Shown here one piece after another: positions 38,034 through 51,899 of a DNA stretch of 64,000 nt. The notes beneath the pieces are model-generated. The model had not been told where the DNA came from and ran no database searches. It saw nothing but the letters and a program-made list of their open reading frames with translations. Source of the stretch: Cenococcum geophilum. Taxonomy: Eukaryota. Each line of letters starts with the position of its first letter. The stretch's first letter is position 1. The translations under genes were made by a program, and so were the position numbers. Location of the stretch: contig CP158635.1 of assembly GCA_050273025.1 (NCBI GenBank), positions 12,958,001 to 13,022,000 on the forward strand, written 5' to 3'.

Positions 38034-39249
38034 TTTTACGCTAGCAAGACATAATATTTATTAAACATTTAAATAATATAATGCTATTTTACTTTATAAT
38101 TATTCGCCGTATATCCCTATAGAAACCAAATTATAATAAAAATATATTTATATCCTAGTTTCTAAATTTATTAATTTTATTTTTAGAATACATTCTATAT
38201 ATAAAATCTAGATCCTAGTTAATAAATTTAGAATCTGGTTTCTTAAACGGCTTAACTTTATATATATATCTATTAGTTAAGCCGTTTTTACTAACTTCCT
38301 TATATAACTCCCTTACACCCTTACTCACTTATAAGGCTCCTTTACTTCCTTATAAATTGATCCCCCTTACTCTATTATAAAGCCTCCTTATTTATACAGT
38401 TATTTAGGAAAAATATATATATTTATCTTTATAGGAAGCCCCCTAAACTTTCTTAGACTATAACGCCTATACCCTAAATATAAAAGATGCTACCTTATAT
38501 AATTAACTAACTGGGCGTTTAATTAGGGGGACGAAAATTAGTACACTAACTATTAATTACCTCCGGCGTATTAAAGTGTTCCTTAGGAAAGCCTAACTAA
38601 GCTTAACTTTAACTAATCCTAAGTTAATATAGATAAAGAAGATATTGCTAAATTAGAGCGGCTATGCGATTTAGCTAAAATATCTGTTAATTAAAGCACC
38701 TAGTAAGCTAAAATTCAAGTAACGCAGTTAAAGTGTACTAAGAAATTAACTTAACAGTAGCTAGGATACTCTTACATTACTTTATATAGTAAGATGGAAT
38801 TAATATATCTAAGTAGGAATTATAAAAAAAATCCTTCTTCTCTAATTACCTACTAATATAGGCAATGCACTGTTTCTATGGCTTAGGATAAGTTTTAGAT
38901 AGCCGCACTATAGTAATTAATTATCCTGTATTCTTAAGGCAAGGTAGATAATATATATGTAATAGGACCTAAGCTTTTAGGCGTTTCTAAAGTTAATCCG
39001 GCGTAACTTTCGTAGGGCTCTTCTATATACCTATTTAGTCGTGGTTTACTTTATAATGCTAAACTACGTAACTTTATAAGCCTTAAATCCTAATATGGCA
39101 GACTTATTACGTAATTCTCTTTTATATTGGGTTTCTACTAACCTACTAGAAGTTTTAACTTAACTCTTTAAGCAACTGTATCTTCGTTTACTAAATATAG
39201 ATAAAATGTAGTATATTAAGGTATATATATAATCATTAGATTACATAAA

Positions 39250-42200
39250 AACACTTATTTACCCTAACTAAGTCTATTGCTAGGCCATAGGCCGCTACTA
39301 TATTATAATCACCCGCTAACCTCCTTGTCCTTAAACGATTGTACTATATTATATATACTAAACGCTAGAAAGAGATTAAACAGATACTAAAGGATAGGAC
39401 AATAAATAAGGCTATAGTGGTTATAGCACTTAGCTAACTAAGCTCTTGGAATAGACTTCCTAACTTTAAAGATTCTAACGGTAAGATTGCTGGCTTTAAG
39501 CTTTAAAGTAGGGAGTTACTTAGAGTCCAAATAAACGTAACTTAGCTATTTAGGGAACTTGGTGGCGGGATATCTTATATATCCATTTAGGGAACGGACA
39601 CTGAATAATATAGCCCGTTATAGCTCTATAGTTCCTTGGAGCATTAGTTGGGTTATAAGTACTACTTAAGCTGCGGGTATACCTATGGTTTTAGTTGTAT
39701 ATTAAGGTACTCTCTAAGCGTTGTATACCGCTGTTGTTCTAGTTATATATTAAGGTACTCCCTAAGCATCTGCTATTGTTCTGGTTGTAAAGCGAGGTGC
39801 ATTAACTATAACTCTTAATTGGAGCATATATGCGCTAGGCATTGGGGATCCTTATTATCGGAGTTACCTGTTAGTAGATGCGAGAGGCTAGACATAAGGA
39901 TGTCCGCCTTAATATGCAAAATGTTTAATTAAATATCTATATGCCGTTCCGCTTCCTAATACGGCTATTCCCCTAAAACTCTTAGTAGGTATTCTAACAA
40001 CTATTTTATAGACTTTACTAAAATAGAAACTGCTTTAGTTTAGAAGTAATAAGCTTATAAAGGTGTATATACCTAACAAGTTACCCTAATGTTTATGGTT
40101 TAACTAGAATAAGATTCTAAAAACCGTACTATCTTTACAAAGATATTGTTAAAGGTATAAACCTATTAACTTAGTAGCTAGGGCTAATATTCTAAGGCAG
40201 ATCTTATACTAGGGCATTATATTTACGTATAATAAGAGAATCTTACACTCTTCTCCTAGTAGGGCTGCCCTCTCCCATCTAGAAAAGATTAGTAATTGTA
40301 TTAAACTATGGTAAGACGTTATACTTAATACTTAAATAAGGTCCTAGTCCGATAACTAGACTAAAGTAGAAGTAGTTTAGCTTTTTACTAGCGCTAATAT
40401 ATCGCTTATATTTTGTCTAGTCCGTTTTTCCTAGTATGTCACTCCTAATAATAGCCTTTCTCCTATTTGTCTTCATCTCCTAGTACTTCTCTTAGCAAGT
40501 TATATATTTCTTTAGGCGCGAGAGGAAAGTGTAGATCATTCTGCAGCGTACGTAGTTATCCTTTAAATATTTAATGTCTTTAAATATTAGACGTGCGAGG
40601 TAGGTATCAGTAGTTAGCGGAGATAATTGTTTAGGAAGTATGTCCTAGAAGGTCTATAGCTCTAAATTAAAAGGCTAATAAGATTCCGGATAGAACTCGT
40701 CTATTTATATGCCGACCTTTTCTATAAACTTAAACTTTAACTCTCTATTATTTGCTGCACTATATAGAATTTATATATTATGCAATACTTCTACAAAGAC
40801 TCTAACCTTTTAATACTTATTAAGATATAATAAGTTATCGTACGAGGAAAAGAAGGCCTTAAGTAAGGGATTAGGATTGGCGAGAGCCTTTTCCCGCTTT
40901 TATTTCTAGGTTTTCAACGTTAGCATCTTTATCGCCCTATAAGAGTTTGCTTACCTCTTCACCACCTACTATACGCCTAGGCATACTAAACTTGGGCTAT
41001 AGGACTTAAAAATCCAATATTACGCCGGACTATTTATATAACAATTACCTAGGAGTAGTAGGGTTAGTTATAAAAGCGTTCAGCATAGCAGCTGCGGTGA
41101 ATTCTATGTTAAGCCTAATTAAGAACAACTGGTATAGTTATCCTAGGTAGCGCAAACCGGGCTAAGATATGCAGCTAGCGCCCGCCATATTATGCGGGTG
41201 CAATTGGCTTATTTTCCTATGCAAAGCTGACGCATTTAAGTTCTCCTTCTTATATATCTTTCTGTTTAGTGTTTTATTTGGTGGAATATAAGCCTATACA
41301 TAGTGCTTTAGCCTTTTTAGGGTAGGGAAAGTACCTAAATAGGGCATATATATCTCCTAGGGGAGTTTTTTTCTTAAATAGGCGGGAGAGCATTTGATAA
41401 AGAGTTCGGGCTTATATCTTAAGAGTGGCTCTAGAGGTTTAAGCCAGCTTTTGCTTATTAGCTAATAGAATAAGAGTAGCTATATTATAAATTAAGTGGC
41501 CTAGTAGCGCTCTCCTGAAGCGTGCCCTAATACTATTATTATTTTAAAATGCTGCGGATTTAGAATATAGTCTATACATTCCCTTAAAAATAAGTCTCCT
41601 TAGCGGCCTTATAATAAATGTTCTAGCTATAGCGTGTTTAGAGAACTAGCGTAATAGATACACAACCTTATTACCTATAACACTAATATATACAATACTG
41701 ATATATATAACACCTACGAAACCTATAATATCTAAAACACTTCTATTACCTCTTACGCCTAAAGCACCTTAATAGCTTCCTCTATATTATACGGAATTAG
41801 AAGTAAGTCCTAGCCTAATAACTCTTTTACTGTTGTAATCTTACCTCTAAAAGTGCGTAATCTATTGGGAAGAGCCTAAGGCTTATAATACTAGTTAGTT
41901 AAAAATATTTATTAAATATCCTAGAGCAGAGCGAATAGATGGTCATCTTGTATATAAGGCGTATATTCTTATAAAAGGGAAAAAGAAGTGGAAAATATGG
42001 TTAATATATCCTTACTACTTTAACGTAAAAAGTAGGATAGAGGTATACTCTAATGATATTATATAAAGATAGGGATACTATACAGTAAAGACAATCTATT
42101 ATTTTGTTTAACTACTCTATAGTTCTTGCCTATAGATACGCGACCCTAAACCTTTAGCGAAGGTAGTCCTATTGCATATCCCGTGCTAATACGAAGGTGC

Positions 42201-43200
42201 TATATTCTAGCTTTATTGCTATAGACGCCCGCTAACACCTACTAATAATCTATATCTCCCCTGATTTTCCCTAGAATTGTATAAATGGCACAACCAGCCT
42301 ATAAATAACTGCTGTGTCTGAAGGGGTGGTCCTATCCCGGTAGAACTAGCGGCTAGGTAGTAAACCTTTAAAAGAGGGCAGAAGAACCTTATAGGGTTCG
42401 TATTATACCCACGGATTATAGCGTATTAATACTTTATTTACTTAGGGAAGAATATAGTAGATGTGGAGGTAATAATCTAGTGGGATGTATAATTTTAGAG
42501 GGCTAGCTTTTACTATAAGCTACGCTAGTATATAAGTAAATTTTCATTCTATAAAGCTATAGATTCTTACCTTAATCTTATACAGTTTGTTATATTTGGT
42601 TTTTAAGTATAAATCTAAGTACGAATCGTTATACTTATGCTATAAACTACCGTCGGCTCGCTTCTTAACCGGCGTAAGTATCTACTAAGGGGCTTTCTTT
42701 ATCTGTCTTTATTAGTTTTGGTTTCTTAACGGGTGGATAAAGTTACCTATATCTCCTCCTCTATTACCTCATTAGACTAATAATCTTTAATTTTAGTAAA
42801 GGTAGGGGAAGGGAGGTTAGGAGAAAGGAGAGGAGAAGGGAAGGGAATAGAAAGGAGAGTAGGAGAAGATAAAGCAGAAGAAGACACAGATTTTAATCTC
42901 TAATTAGGTTTAACGGTAACTATGCCGCAAGTAAATCTAAGAGAAGGCTTAGGGCCATTAAATTGGTCTTATAGAGGACCTCTCTCTATACTAGCATTTA
43001 AAATTTCGTTTAAAAGTATAGCGGTAGGTATAGGAGAATATAGGTGAAGAGGATAGTAGATAAGGAGGGATGTGGGCGAGGATTATAAGAACCTATAGAA
43101 GGCGCCTGTAAATCTATATAAGGCGTAAACCCTAAATAGACGTGCATTTGGCACCGTATATTTTTATTAAAGGCTATACTAAATCCATTTTAATAATAGA
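39250..43200 (-). pseudogene. Large unidentified cargo gene relic(s)
   Basis: Long minus-strand stretches broken mainly by TAA/TAG (e.g. LFLRECIDYILNPQHFKIIIVLGHASGERY, LHILARFALPRITIPVVLN); no family recognised. Confidence 0.35.
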
Positions 43201-44546
43201 AGTAGGTAAAGCTAAAATAATTATACCGTTATATCTTAATATATAAGCAACATATTGGGTATAAAAAAGCCGTTAGAAATGGTATATATAGATTTAGTAA
43301 AACATTAACAACTAAAGACACCAAAAGTTTTAATTAAGCGGCGTTAAGCCAAGTGTATACTAATCTCCTTATGTTAAAATTGCCTCTATCCTATCTTGCG
43401 CGTAATAAAAATCTTGGTATATACTAGCCTTTAATAAAGAGTAAGAAAGCTGTAAAGGGCTTATAAGAGCAGTTTAGCTGTTATCCGACTTTTTATAATA
43501 GGAGGGACGAGAGGGTAATAGACCGGCTAGGGTAGTAGAAGGTGCTTACGCTATAATTTGCTAGGGTCTTCTCTAGCTAATACAGGCAATTTAAAACTTT
43601 AGCTAGTTAGCAATAAATTAGACGTACTTTATAAGGAGAAGTTTACCGTTATAAAAGGGATGTTATAGTCCTTATAAGTAGCTGCTAGCCCCGTATACGC
43701 TAGGATAGGGAGTACTATAATAGCGTTTATAAGGACTATTACAGTATACCTTTAGGCAAGGTTATTACTCTCTATAGTAAACAAATAGAGCAATTATTGG
43801 CGGTAGGAGCCGTGATTATATTTAAAACCGCTCTTACTTCTAATGCGGCTTTTAAGGAGAATTAAATATATATAGGTAATAAAGATCTCTTTAAGGCTAA
43901 CGAGGCTAACCTCTAATATAAACCAAAAGTGGGAACTCTCTAAGAGGGGTGTATAGCCTGCTTTAGTAACTAAACTATAGATATAGGTTAGAGGGAGAGG
44001 TTAGGAGAGTATATAGGAAGAACCTATAGTCTAAAGAGTGCTATCCTTAATAAGAACACTACTACCCCAACTCCCGTAAAAATTGGCTTGCCAATTTTAG
44101 CTTTAAAAAGAACTTTATTTAGCGACATATACTATATCCGTTAGCTTTACCCCTCTTTAAATTTACTTTATAAATTACTTTAGCAATTAGAGGAATAGTT
44201 ATAAACCCGTATAAAATAATAAGCGGTAATCTTGCGTCAGCTATAATAAGATATTAGTTCTATTTCTGGCCTAAAAATTAACTATAATTTAACGTATAGC
44301 GTATATAATCCTAAAATGCATTAATAATAACTAAAATAATAGCAGAAATAAATTGGGGTAATAAGAGGAGGGTAGCTAGCACTAAAGCTTATTGTGTTAC
44401 TTTTTGTTTTCTATTATAAAAATAAAGATAAAAGTAGAAACTTAGGTAGATAAATATATAAGCAGTTAAGATATACTAAAGGAGAGTTGTTAATTTTATT
44501 ATAATAGCGGCGAAGAGTATCTATATAAACGAATAAAGGCTGTAAT

Positions 44547-45818
44547 CCCTAGAGTGGGACCTAGTAGATATATACTATACAGATGGCTCTAAAGATAGTA
44601 AATCAAATATAGCTGCCGTATGCAAAATAGGGGAGAGAAATAGGATCAAATATGTAATAAACTGGAATTTAGGACCTTATATGGAAATTATAGACGTAGA
44701 GCTTTATATAGTCTATAGGGCCCTAAAATACCTAAAACAACAAAGACTAGAAGAGAAACAAGTCTATATCTTTATAGATAGCTAAGCGGCTATTAAGAGA
44801 TTGCAGCTTAATTCTCTTATAGGGGGACAAGAGCTAGTCTTTAAAATCACGCAAAGCTATTCCTACTTAGCTAGTAAGGGTATCTCTATTAACTTCTATT
44901 GGGTTCCTAGCTATTTAGGAATCTATGGAAATGAAATAGCAGATAAGCTAGCTAAAAAGGGCCTCTCTAGAAGAAAACTACAATCTTCTTATACTTCTTT
45001 AGCCTACCTAGGGAGACAAGCAAGAGAAAAGATACTAGAACAGTGGAAAGACAATTGGCAACAGAATAAAAGCAAAGGAAAACACTATACTAGAATCTGT
45101 AAAGGAAACTACCCCTTTTCTTTTAAAGCCCCTAAGGATAAATATCCTAAAAGGCTACAATCAGCTCTCTTCCAACTAAAAGTAGGAAAAGGCTTCTTTA
45201 AATCCTTTTCTAAAACAATAGGGAAGGATAAAGAAGGTAGATGCTTTAGGGACTGTACCGCGGTACAAACCCCTACGCATCTATTACTAGAATGCAGACT
45301 ATATTGGGAAGATAGAAAGGAAATGCAAAGACAAATAGGCTCTTCTCTTTCCCTAGAGAAGCTTTTTTGCACAAAAAAAGGAAGAGGGGCGCTTTTTCTA
45401 TTTTTAAGTAGGACAAAAATAGCTACTGGAAAGTGGCTAAGAGCAGCAGGATCTCTAGAAGGAGGTAACTCCTACTAAAGTCCTAGTAGATAGACTATAG
45501 AAAGCAAAAGGACAGAAATAAACTACAAATAGGACAGGGACAGGCGTTAGGATTACTTTTATTTCAATTTTTTTCTACTATTTTCCTACCGTTTTCTTAC
45601 TACCTAATAGTTGCTAGCAACCTAGTATTTACTAGGAAGCTGTAAATCCCTAATTTAGGGATTTATAAACTACTAGGACACAGCTACTAGTACATATTAA
45701 GCTGTCTAGAAAGGATTCATATATATAAAACTATAGCGCCATAGCCTAGAGGCTGCATGCGTAGTATTGTACGTAGTATAATACAATGGATATAAAAAGA
45801 AAAAAAAGAAAAAAAAAA
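44547..45818 (+). mobile_element. 5'-truncated LINE (Tad1-like): RNase H domain, C-terminal CCHC motif, 3' UTR and poly-A
   Basis: YTDGSK...IFIDS*AAI...WVPSYLGIYGNEIADKLAK (RNase H) and C...C...QTPTHLLLEC. A-rich tail at 45794-45818. 16-bp TSD GAATAAAGGCTGTAAT (44531-44546) / GAATAAGGGCCGCGAT (45819-45834), differing only by transitions. Confidence 0.93.
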
Positions 45819-45989
45819 GAATAAGGGCCGCGATATATATATATACGTACGCGGCTAGTATACTTTTAAGATACGGTTTTGCTTTATTTTGCTCCATTAC
45901 TTAGCGCTTAAACTAGACATAGTCGGCTTTGGATAGTGTTTAGTCGGTCCCGCGCGATAAACCTTAGTGGCCTAGCTAGAGAGCATTAT

Positions 45990-46310
45990 ATTTTTAGGGC
46001 GTCTCGTTTTTGGCCTAGATGCTTATGCTTTAGAATTCTTATAGTGGAGCTTAAGTTTTAGATCACTTTTAGTGCCGGAGCCCGTGCTTTAGGATTACTT
46101 TCTATCTAGGCGCCCGTGCTTTATAGGGTTACTTTTTATCCAGGCGCCCGTGCTTTATAGCGTCTCGCTTTTAGTCCTAGTGCCCGTGCGCGCAGACCTA
46201 TTAATTATAGTCGTTATACTTTATAAGACTTAGCGGCTAGACTAGGCTTTTGGGCGTTACGCCTTTAGTCCTAAAGCCCGTGCTTTAGACCTTTAAATTT
46301 TGGTCTCGTT
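45990..46310. repeat. Degenerate ~33-36-bp tandem repeat with core GCCCGTGCTTTA; probably the repetitive 3' end of a minus-strand gene relic (~46000-47500)
   Basis: Core recurs near 46080, 46112, 46146, 46182 and 46277. Confidence 0.6.
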
Positions 46311-48009
46311 TTATTATAGGGCTTAATAATCGGGATTAAATAAGGAACTACCTCTGCTCTGTCTCTAACTCTATATATTAGCTATTAGCATCTAAATCTT
46401 CACATTTTCTACGTAAAAGGTGGTGTTATAATCTATAATTTATCGGAGCAAGCGGGTGACGGCTTTTACCCATATGTAGGATATATTTTAATTTTTTGGT
46501 AATGTATAAAAGCCCTAGTAAACTATTGGTTTTAATTAGTTAGTCTTCTTAACCTAGGCCTAGCTATAACACTTATTATCTATACTAATCCTCCCTTTAG
46601 GCATACTGCTTTAACCGGATAGAACCTATATAAAGTCTTAATAGACCGCTGGAGCTAGGTAGCAAGCTCTAGCATAGATAAAGGCTAAGAAAGTAAATTG
46701 TAGCATTATACTAGGAAGGATGGAAGCGGGGCGTAATGCGCCCTATATAGGCTAATTTGTATATTATAAGGCAAACTTACACCTAAATCTCCTACCTAAG
46801 AGTAAGTACCCTTCTATCGTTTAACACCAGACTCCTCTCTTATTAACTTTAGGAATTCTCCTATTATCCTTTAGCTAATGCTAATAGAATATCTAATCTA
46901 TTTCTAACTAAGCGTGTAATAAGACGACCTGGCTAATAGGCAGGTAAAAATGCCAAAAGCGTTGCTTAGGCTCCCTGTAGCAACTATTACTAAGCTAATA
47001 TATAATTTATTAGAGCTAAAAGTATAAGCTAATAGTAACTTTGGTAGGAACAAATTTACTTAAGCTTAATAACGGTAATAATAGTTCGTCTTTTTTAGAA
47101 GCATTAACGGTTATATGCTAAGATATTAGGCACTAACGTTGTCTAGAGCACTTCTTAGCATTAGTGGCAGAATAATATCCCACACTGCCCCGCGCTAACA
47201 TTTTTTACATTATTTAGAGATAAGTTCTTATTAAGTTAAAATTCTTAAAAAAGATATAGAAAAACCTAATACCTTAGATCTTTCTTAGCCTTCTATATAA
47301 GCTCTTATCCGCTAAACTCTTAAAGATAATAGCTGGCTAGTGTTAAAAAATGTTACGGGCTTAAGGCCGGAAATATTAAGGTAGCAGGTTAAGTAGAACC
47401 TAGTTTAGCTTCCTTTATAAATATTAGTTATAATATAAGCTAACACCTACTAGTATATTTAAAGTATCCTAAGCACCCTAAGCCTGCCTTATAATGGTAA
47501 TTTTATAAGCTCCTATTACGATAACAGAGAGTTCCCTAAGGATTCTAGTTTAATAGTTGGGCGGTTAAAGGACTAGGAGGAACTTGCTAGCAAGACGGAG
47601 GTTATTAAAATTATTTATTGTCATCTTAGGGGAGACTTAACTTAGAAATGGCATATACTTTATAATATAAGTCTTTAGGGTAAGATAATAAATAATATAG
47701 TAAGGATTAAGGCTTATAGGGGAGATACTATTCTTTATAATGGGTGGGTTAGGAGGTTAACTCTAAACCCCGTTAGTAGGGTAGGAAGGGCTATAGTTAT
47801 TTACTATGTTTGGAAGCACTCTTAAATTCGCTATAAATCCCAACTTATTTAATTACTTAGAAAAATTAAAGTACTACTAAACGAAACTCTATGCTTAAAA
47901 TACCGCCTACTATATTAATATAGTCTATATATTAAGCTAAAATACTATATCCAGCAGCCTATTAGGAAAATTATTGCCACTCCTCCCTACCGCTTAAGAA
48001 GTAGCTCCC

Positions 48010-49280
48010 TTAATTAATGCTTGGGTTACTATAACCGCCTAGGTTAAAATTAAAACTAATGGTATTGCCTATAAAAGCGCTATTGGAACCCGCGGGGATA
48101 CTAAAACTAAGCTTACTGGGGTTCCCTATTGCTATTCCGTAAGAGTCTATACTTAACTTAAAATTAGCCGCGTTATATATAAAAGCGCTATTAGAGCCCG
48201 CCAGGGCACTAAAACTAAGCTTATTAAAGTTCCTTATTACCATTCTATAAGGGTCTATATTAAACTTAATATTAGCCGCGTTATATATAAAAGCGCTATT
48301 AGGACTTATAGGGGCACTAAAACCAAGCTCGCTGAGGTTCCTTATTGCCATTCCGTAAGGGTCTATATTAAACTTAATATTAGCCGTGTTATATATAAAA
48401 GCACTATTAGAATCTGCCGGGGCATCAAAACTAAGCTTGTTAAAGTTCCCTATTACCATTCCGTAAGGGTCTATATTAAACTTAATATTAGCTACGTTAT
48501 ATATAAAAGCATAGTTGGAACCCACCGGGGTATTAAAACCGAGCTCGCTAAGGTTCCTTGCTGTTATTCCGCGAGGATCTAAGTTAAACTTAAAACTGGT
48601 AGTAGTGGAACCTAGGGGGGGCTTATTTTAAGGGGTGGCTATAGTATTCTAAGAATAGTATAACCTAGGAGACTCTTTGGCTACGCTTCTTATTAGGGCT
48701 TCTACGTCGGAAGCTGATCTTAAAGTCTTAAAAAATAATGCTAATATTGGCATAAGCGGATTGAATAAAGCTTTTGTAAGGTACTTACCCGGAATAACTC
48801 TTATAAATAGTCTATAAACTTTAATCTAGTACGCAGATATTTTAGGGTAGGACTATTCGTTATAAACCTAGAGACTATTAATGCTGCGGAGATTAATATT
48901 ATATTCTATATAGAAGGTATAAGCAATAGCCTTAGCCTAAATCCTATAGCCTAGGCTAGACGTGTTTTAAATATACCTGCGTAATCTTTTTTTAGATCCA
49001 TATTTTCTACTATAGTTAATAACTAGATAAACCTCGCCTTTACCCCTTTACTTTATAACCCTAGCTTTACCCATATTATTAAATAAAGTACTAACTAGGC
49101 CCTCTAAATATGTAATGCTAATGCTTAATAATTTAATATACTTTGGAATATGCTCTAGCTTATTAGAGTTAAACGGTATTACTTTAGTAAACGGTACTCT
49201 AATGCTCTTCTTAAGGTTGCTAAGCCGCTCTTTAAGAGCCTTAAATATATACTATATACGGGAAAATTAGGAACATCTAT
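48010..49280 (-). pseudogene. Unidentified cargo gene with ~4.5 tandem 40-aa (120-bp) C-terminal repeats
   Basis: ORF 48010-48525 repeats PAGSNSAFIYNAANIKFNIDPYGMAIGN.S.L.F; a 120-bp period is visible in the DNA. Confidence 0.65.
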
Positions 49281-49829
49281 AACTAGGTAATGTTAATATT
49301 TAGGAGAGGAAACTACTCTTTAGTAGTAGGGGGAATAATTTGGCGACTAAGCTGTTTAGGAAGGAGGGTAGAAGATTCCCTTATGCTTGTTATTTTGGAG
49401 TTTAGATAGGAGGTAATAAACGGATTAAGGGCCGTGGAACCATTGCGTATCTATATTACTTAGTTAGTAATCGGACTAAGCCTTTCTTCCCTAGCTTAGC
49501 GATCTCTTAATAGAATATTGCAGCTACGGCCTAGAAGGACCAAAAGCCTATAATAATAACTTTAGGCTATATTTACTAAAAAGCATTTAAAGTAAATGGC
49601 AATAGTAGATAGAGCTAAGAAGTTTATAAAAAAATGATATATATAAGCGTGGGTAGGGTGCTGTTTGGATTTCTATTATAATTTACTAGGATAAATATTT
49701 ACAAGTTAACGATTTAGCAGAAACCAACGCTTTTATTAAAATTTAGGCGACATTAAGTTTATAAGCTTATTAAGGCAATTAAAATGCCGTTAAAATTATA
49801 CAAGATTTTGGCCTAAGTTTGCTGGATTT

Positions 49830-50076
49830 TATTACGGTACTAATAGAAAACGGTAGATTACGGAAGACTGTGGTGGGGGATAGTAGAAAGTAGCAGACAC
49901 GTAATTATAGCACGTAATTAGAGGATATATAAAGCCCGACATTAAGCAGCATAACTATTCTTTTCCTTTCTTTTCCTTTCTTTAGCTTTATATCTTTATT
50001 AATAGATAATCTAATTATATAGGCTTATATATATCCTACTGCCGTACTCGTGCCTTAATTGGCTAAGTTTGTAATA
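49830..50076 (+). mobile_element. Probable degenerate solo LTR related to the LTR of A and the 7797 solo LTR
   Basis: TATTAC...GTAATA termini, pyrimidine tract, shared 3' motif CTCGTGCCTTAATTGGCTAAGT; imperfect TSD GATTT/TATTT. Confidence 0.6.
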
Positions 50077-50249
50077 TATTTTAGGAAAATATAGAATAAA
50101 ATAACCTATAAAAATTAAATAAATTAGGTGAGGTTAAAGTTTATTATTAGGTTTGTCTAAATTACTCTAATTTTTTATAATATTTATAAATATATTTTAA
50201 CTTTTAATATAACTACTATAAGGTGTAGGATTATCCGTAAACTTACGAA

Positions 50250-51720
50250 GAATGCTTAGTATATGGAATATAATAACATCTAAGCTATTTTTAAGGCTGC
50301 TAAAATAACCTAAGAGAACTTTAAACGGGAAATTTAATATTAATGCGAGTTTAATAAGGCTTATTAGTATATCCGTCCCATTAATATCCCAATATACATT
50401 TGGATTTAAGGACGCTTATATATATTATAAGATATAGCTCTTTATATATAGTTATTTGCATAAGACCAGCAGCCTCTATACAATTTGCTTATATCCTATC
50501 TTTACGGCAAACAACAGTATATAAGAAAATCGCCTTCCACTCAGCGGCATCTAGCTACTATAACCAACAGCCCTTAAGCAGTTTTACCTTTATTATATTT
50601 ATATAGGCCACTGATTTTTAACTATTACCCTTTATCTTACTTAATCCTGCTAGCAAGTATAAATATTTCTAGGCGGCCTTAAAACTAATATAAATTACGC
50701 TCTTATATTAGATAGTAGCGAGGAGCATAATAAGCTGTATATAGATGCATATTAGTAATATAACTATAATAGCGGTATAGTAAACTAGAGGGGATCTAGG
50801 AGGGAGAAGTACTAATAATATATAGCCTATTAAGGCAACTACCTCTAATAAGTCTACCTTGCTAGCTATGGGTACTGGGAATATTATACCTAGGCTAGTT
50901 TAGATAGTTATACGCGTGTTATTAGGCATTTAGCTGGTAACCTATATCTCCTATTTAGATATTGTTTTAATTCGCTAGAACGTAATCTATTCCCTATAGG
51001 AATTCGAAATTTTAGGCGTAGCTATAGCCTAGCGGTTTAGGCCGCCAGGTTTATAGTTAGCCGCCTACTTTATCCGTTATAGCTAAAATATCCTAATAGT
51101 TATAGCTTTAACCTAAAGTCTTACAGAAGCCGTATGGAAATTCCCTATTATATCTCGTTTTAGCTTTTCGGCAAGTAGTATAGGCTAATCAATATTATAA
51201 GGTTTTAGTGATATTAACGGAAGTTTCTTAATTATTTAAGGTATTGTAAGCGGCCCTAGTGACGCTTATAGAGGCAAAAACTCCGTTACGGTCCGAGGCG
51301 GCCGGTAAAATAGATTTCTGGCAAATGTCCGTTACTAAACTTAGGGTTGCTATAGGCGAAATTATAGATTAAAAAAGCGCTGCTGGAATACAGGACAGTT
51401 AGCCTTATTAAAATGTTCTTAGTGGCTTTGGAATATTAAGGCTTCGCTAATATACCTTCCGCTTACCTTAAAAAACCATATATGCAGCCCGCTATCCTAT
51501 AATTTATCTAGCTTTATAAGGAAATATTTTATTCCACTAGCCGGTTAATATATCTCTCTAGCTTAGTTAGCTGTGTCCTAGTATCGCGCCCGGCGCTAAG
51601 CTGGGGAAATTATTCTATCTCCGATTCTAGGCTCTAAAATCCTAGGTTAGATAACGGGTTAGGCCGATTAAGGGCTGTAGGAATATATGAGGCTGGTAAG
51701 CCTAGGAGAAGGGTAGGGAT
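50250..51720 (-). pseudogene. Unidentified cargo gene relic
   Basis: Readable minus frame (TFARNLFYRPPRTVTEFLPL*ASLGPLTIP; VGG*L*TWRPKPLGYSYA). Confidence 0.3.
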
Positions 51721-51899
51721 AGAAACCTTAAAAAGCCTTTTAGTCCCTATATAATTATAAAGGAATTATAAAGAGGGCTAGGGAGGGCTAGGGAGGGCTA
51801 AAGTGCCAAGAAGTGCTATATTAAGGAAACTTAAACTTTAAGTCCTGCTTATAATCTATAATAGACTACCCTTTAACTATTATATTAGTATAGGAAATT

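Noticed and set aside
45109..45897. Minus ORFs 45109-45372 and 45706-45897
   Set aside because: Antisense to the LINE ORF2 and its poly-A tail.
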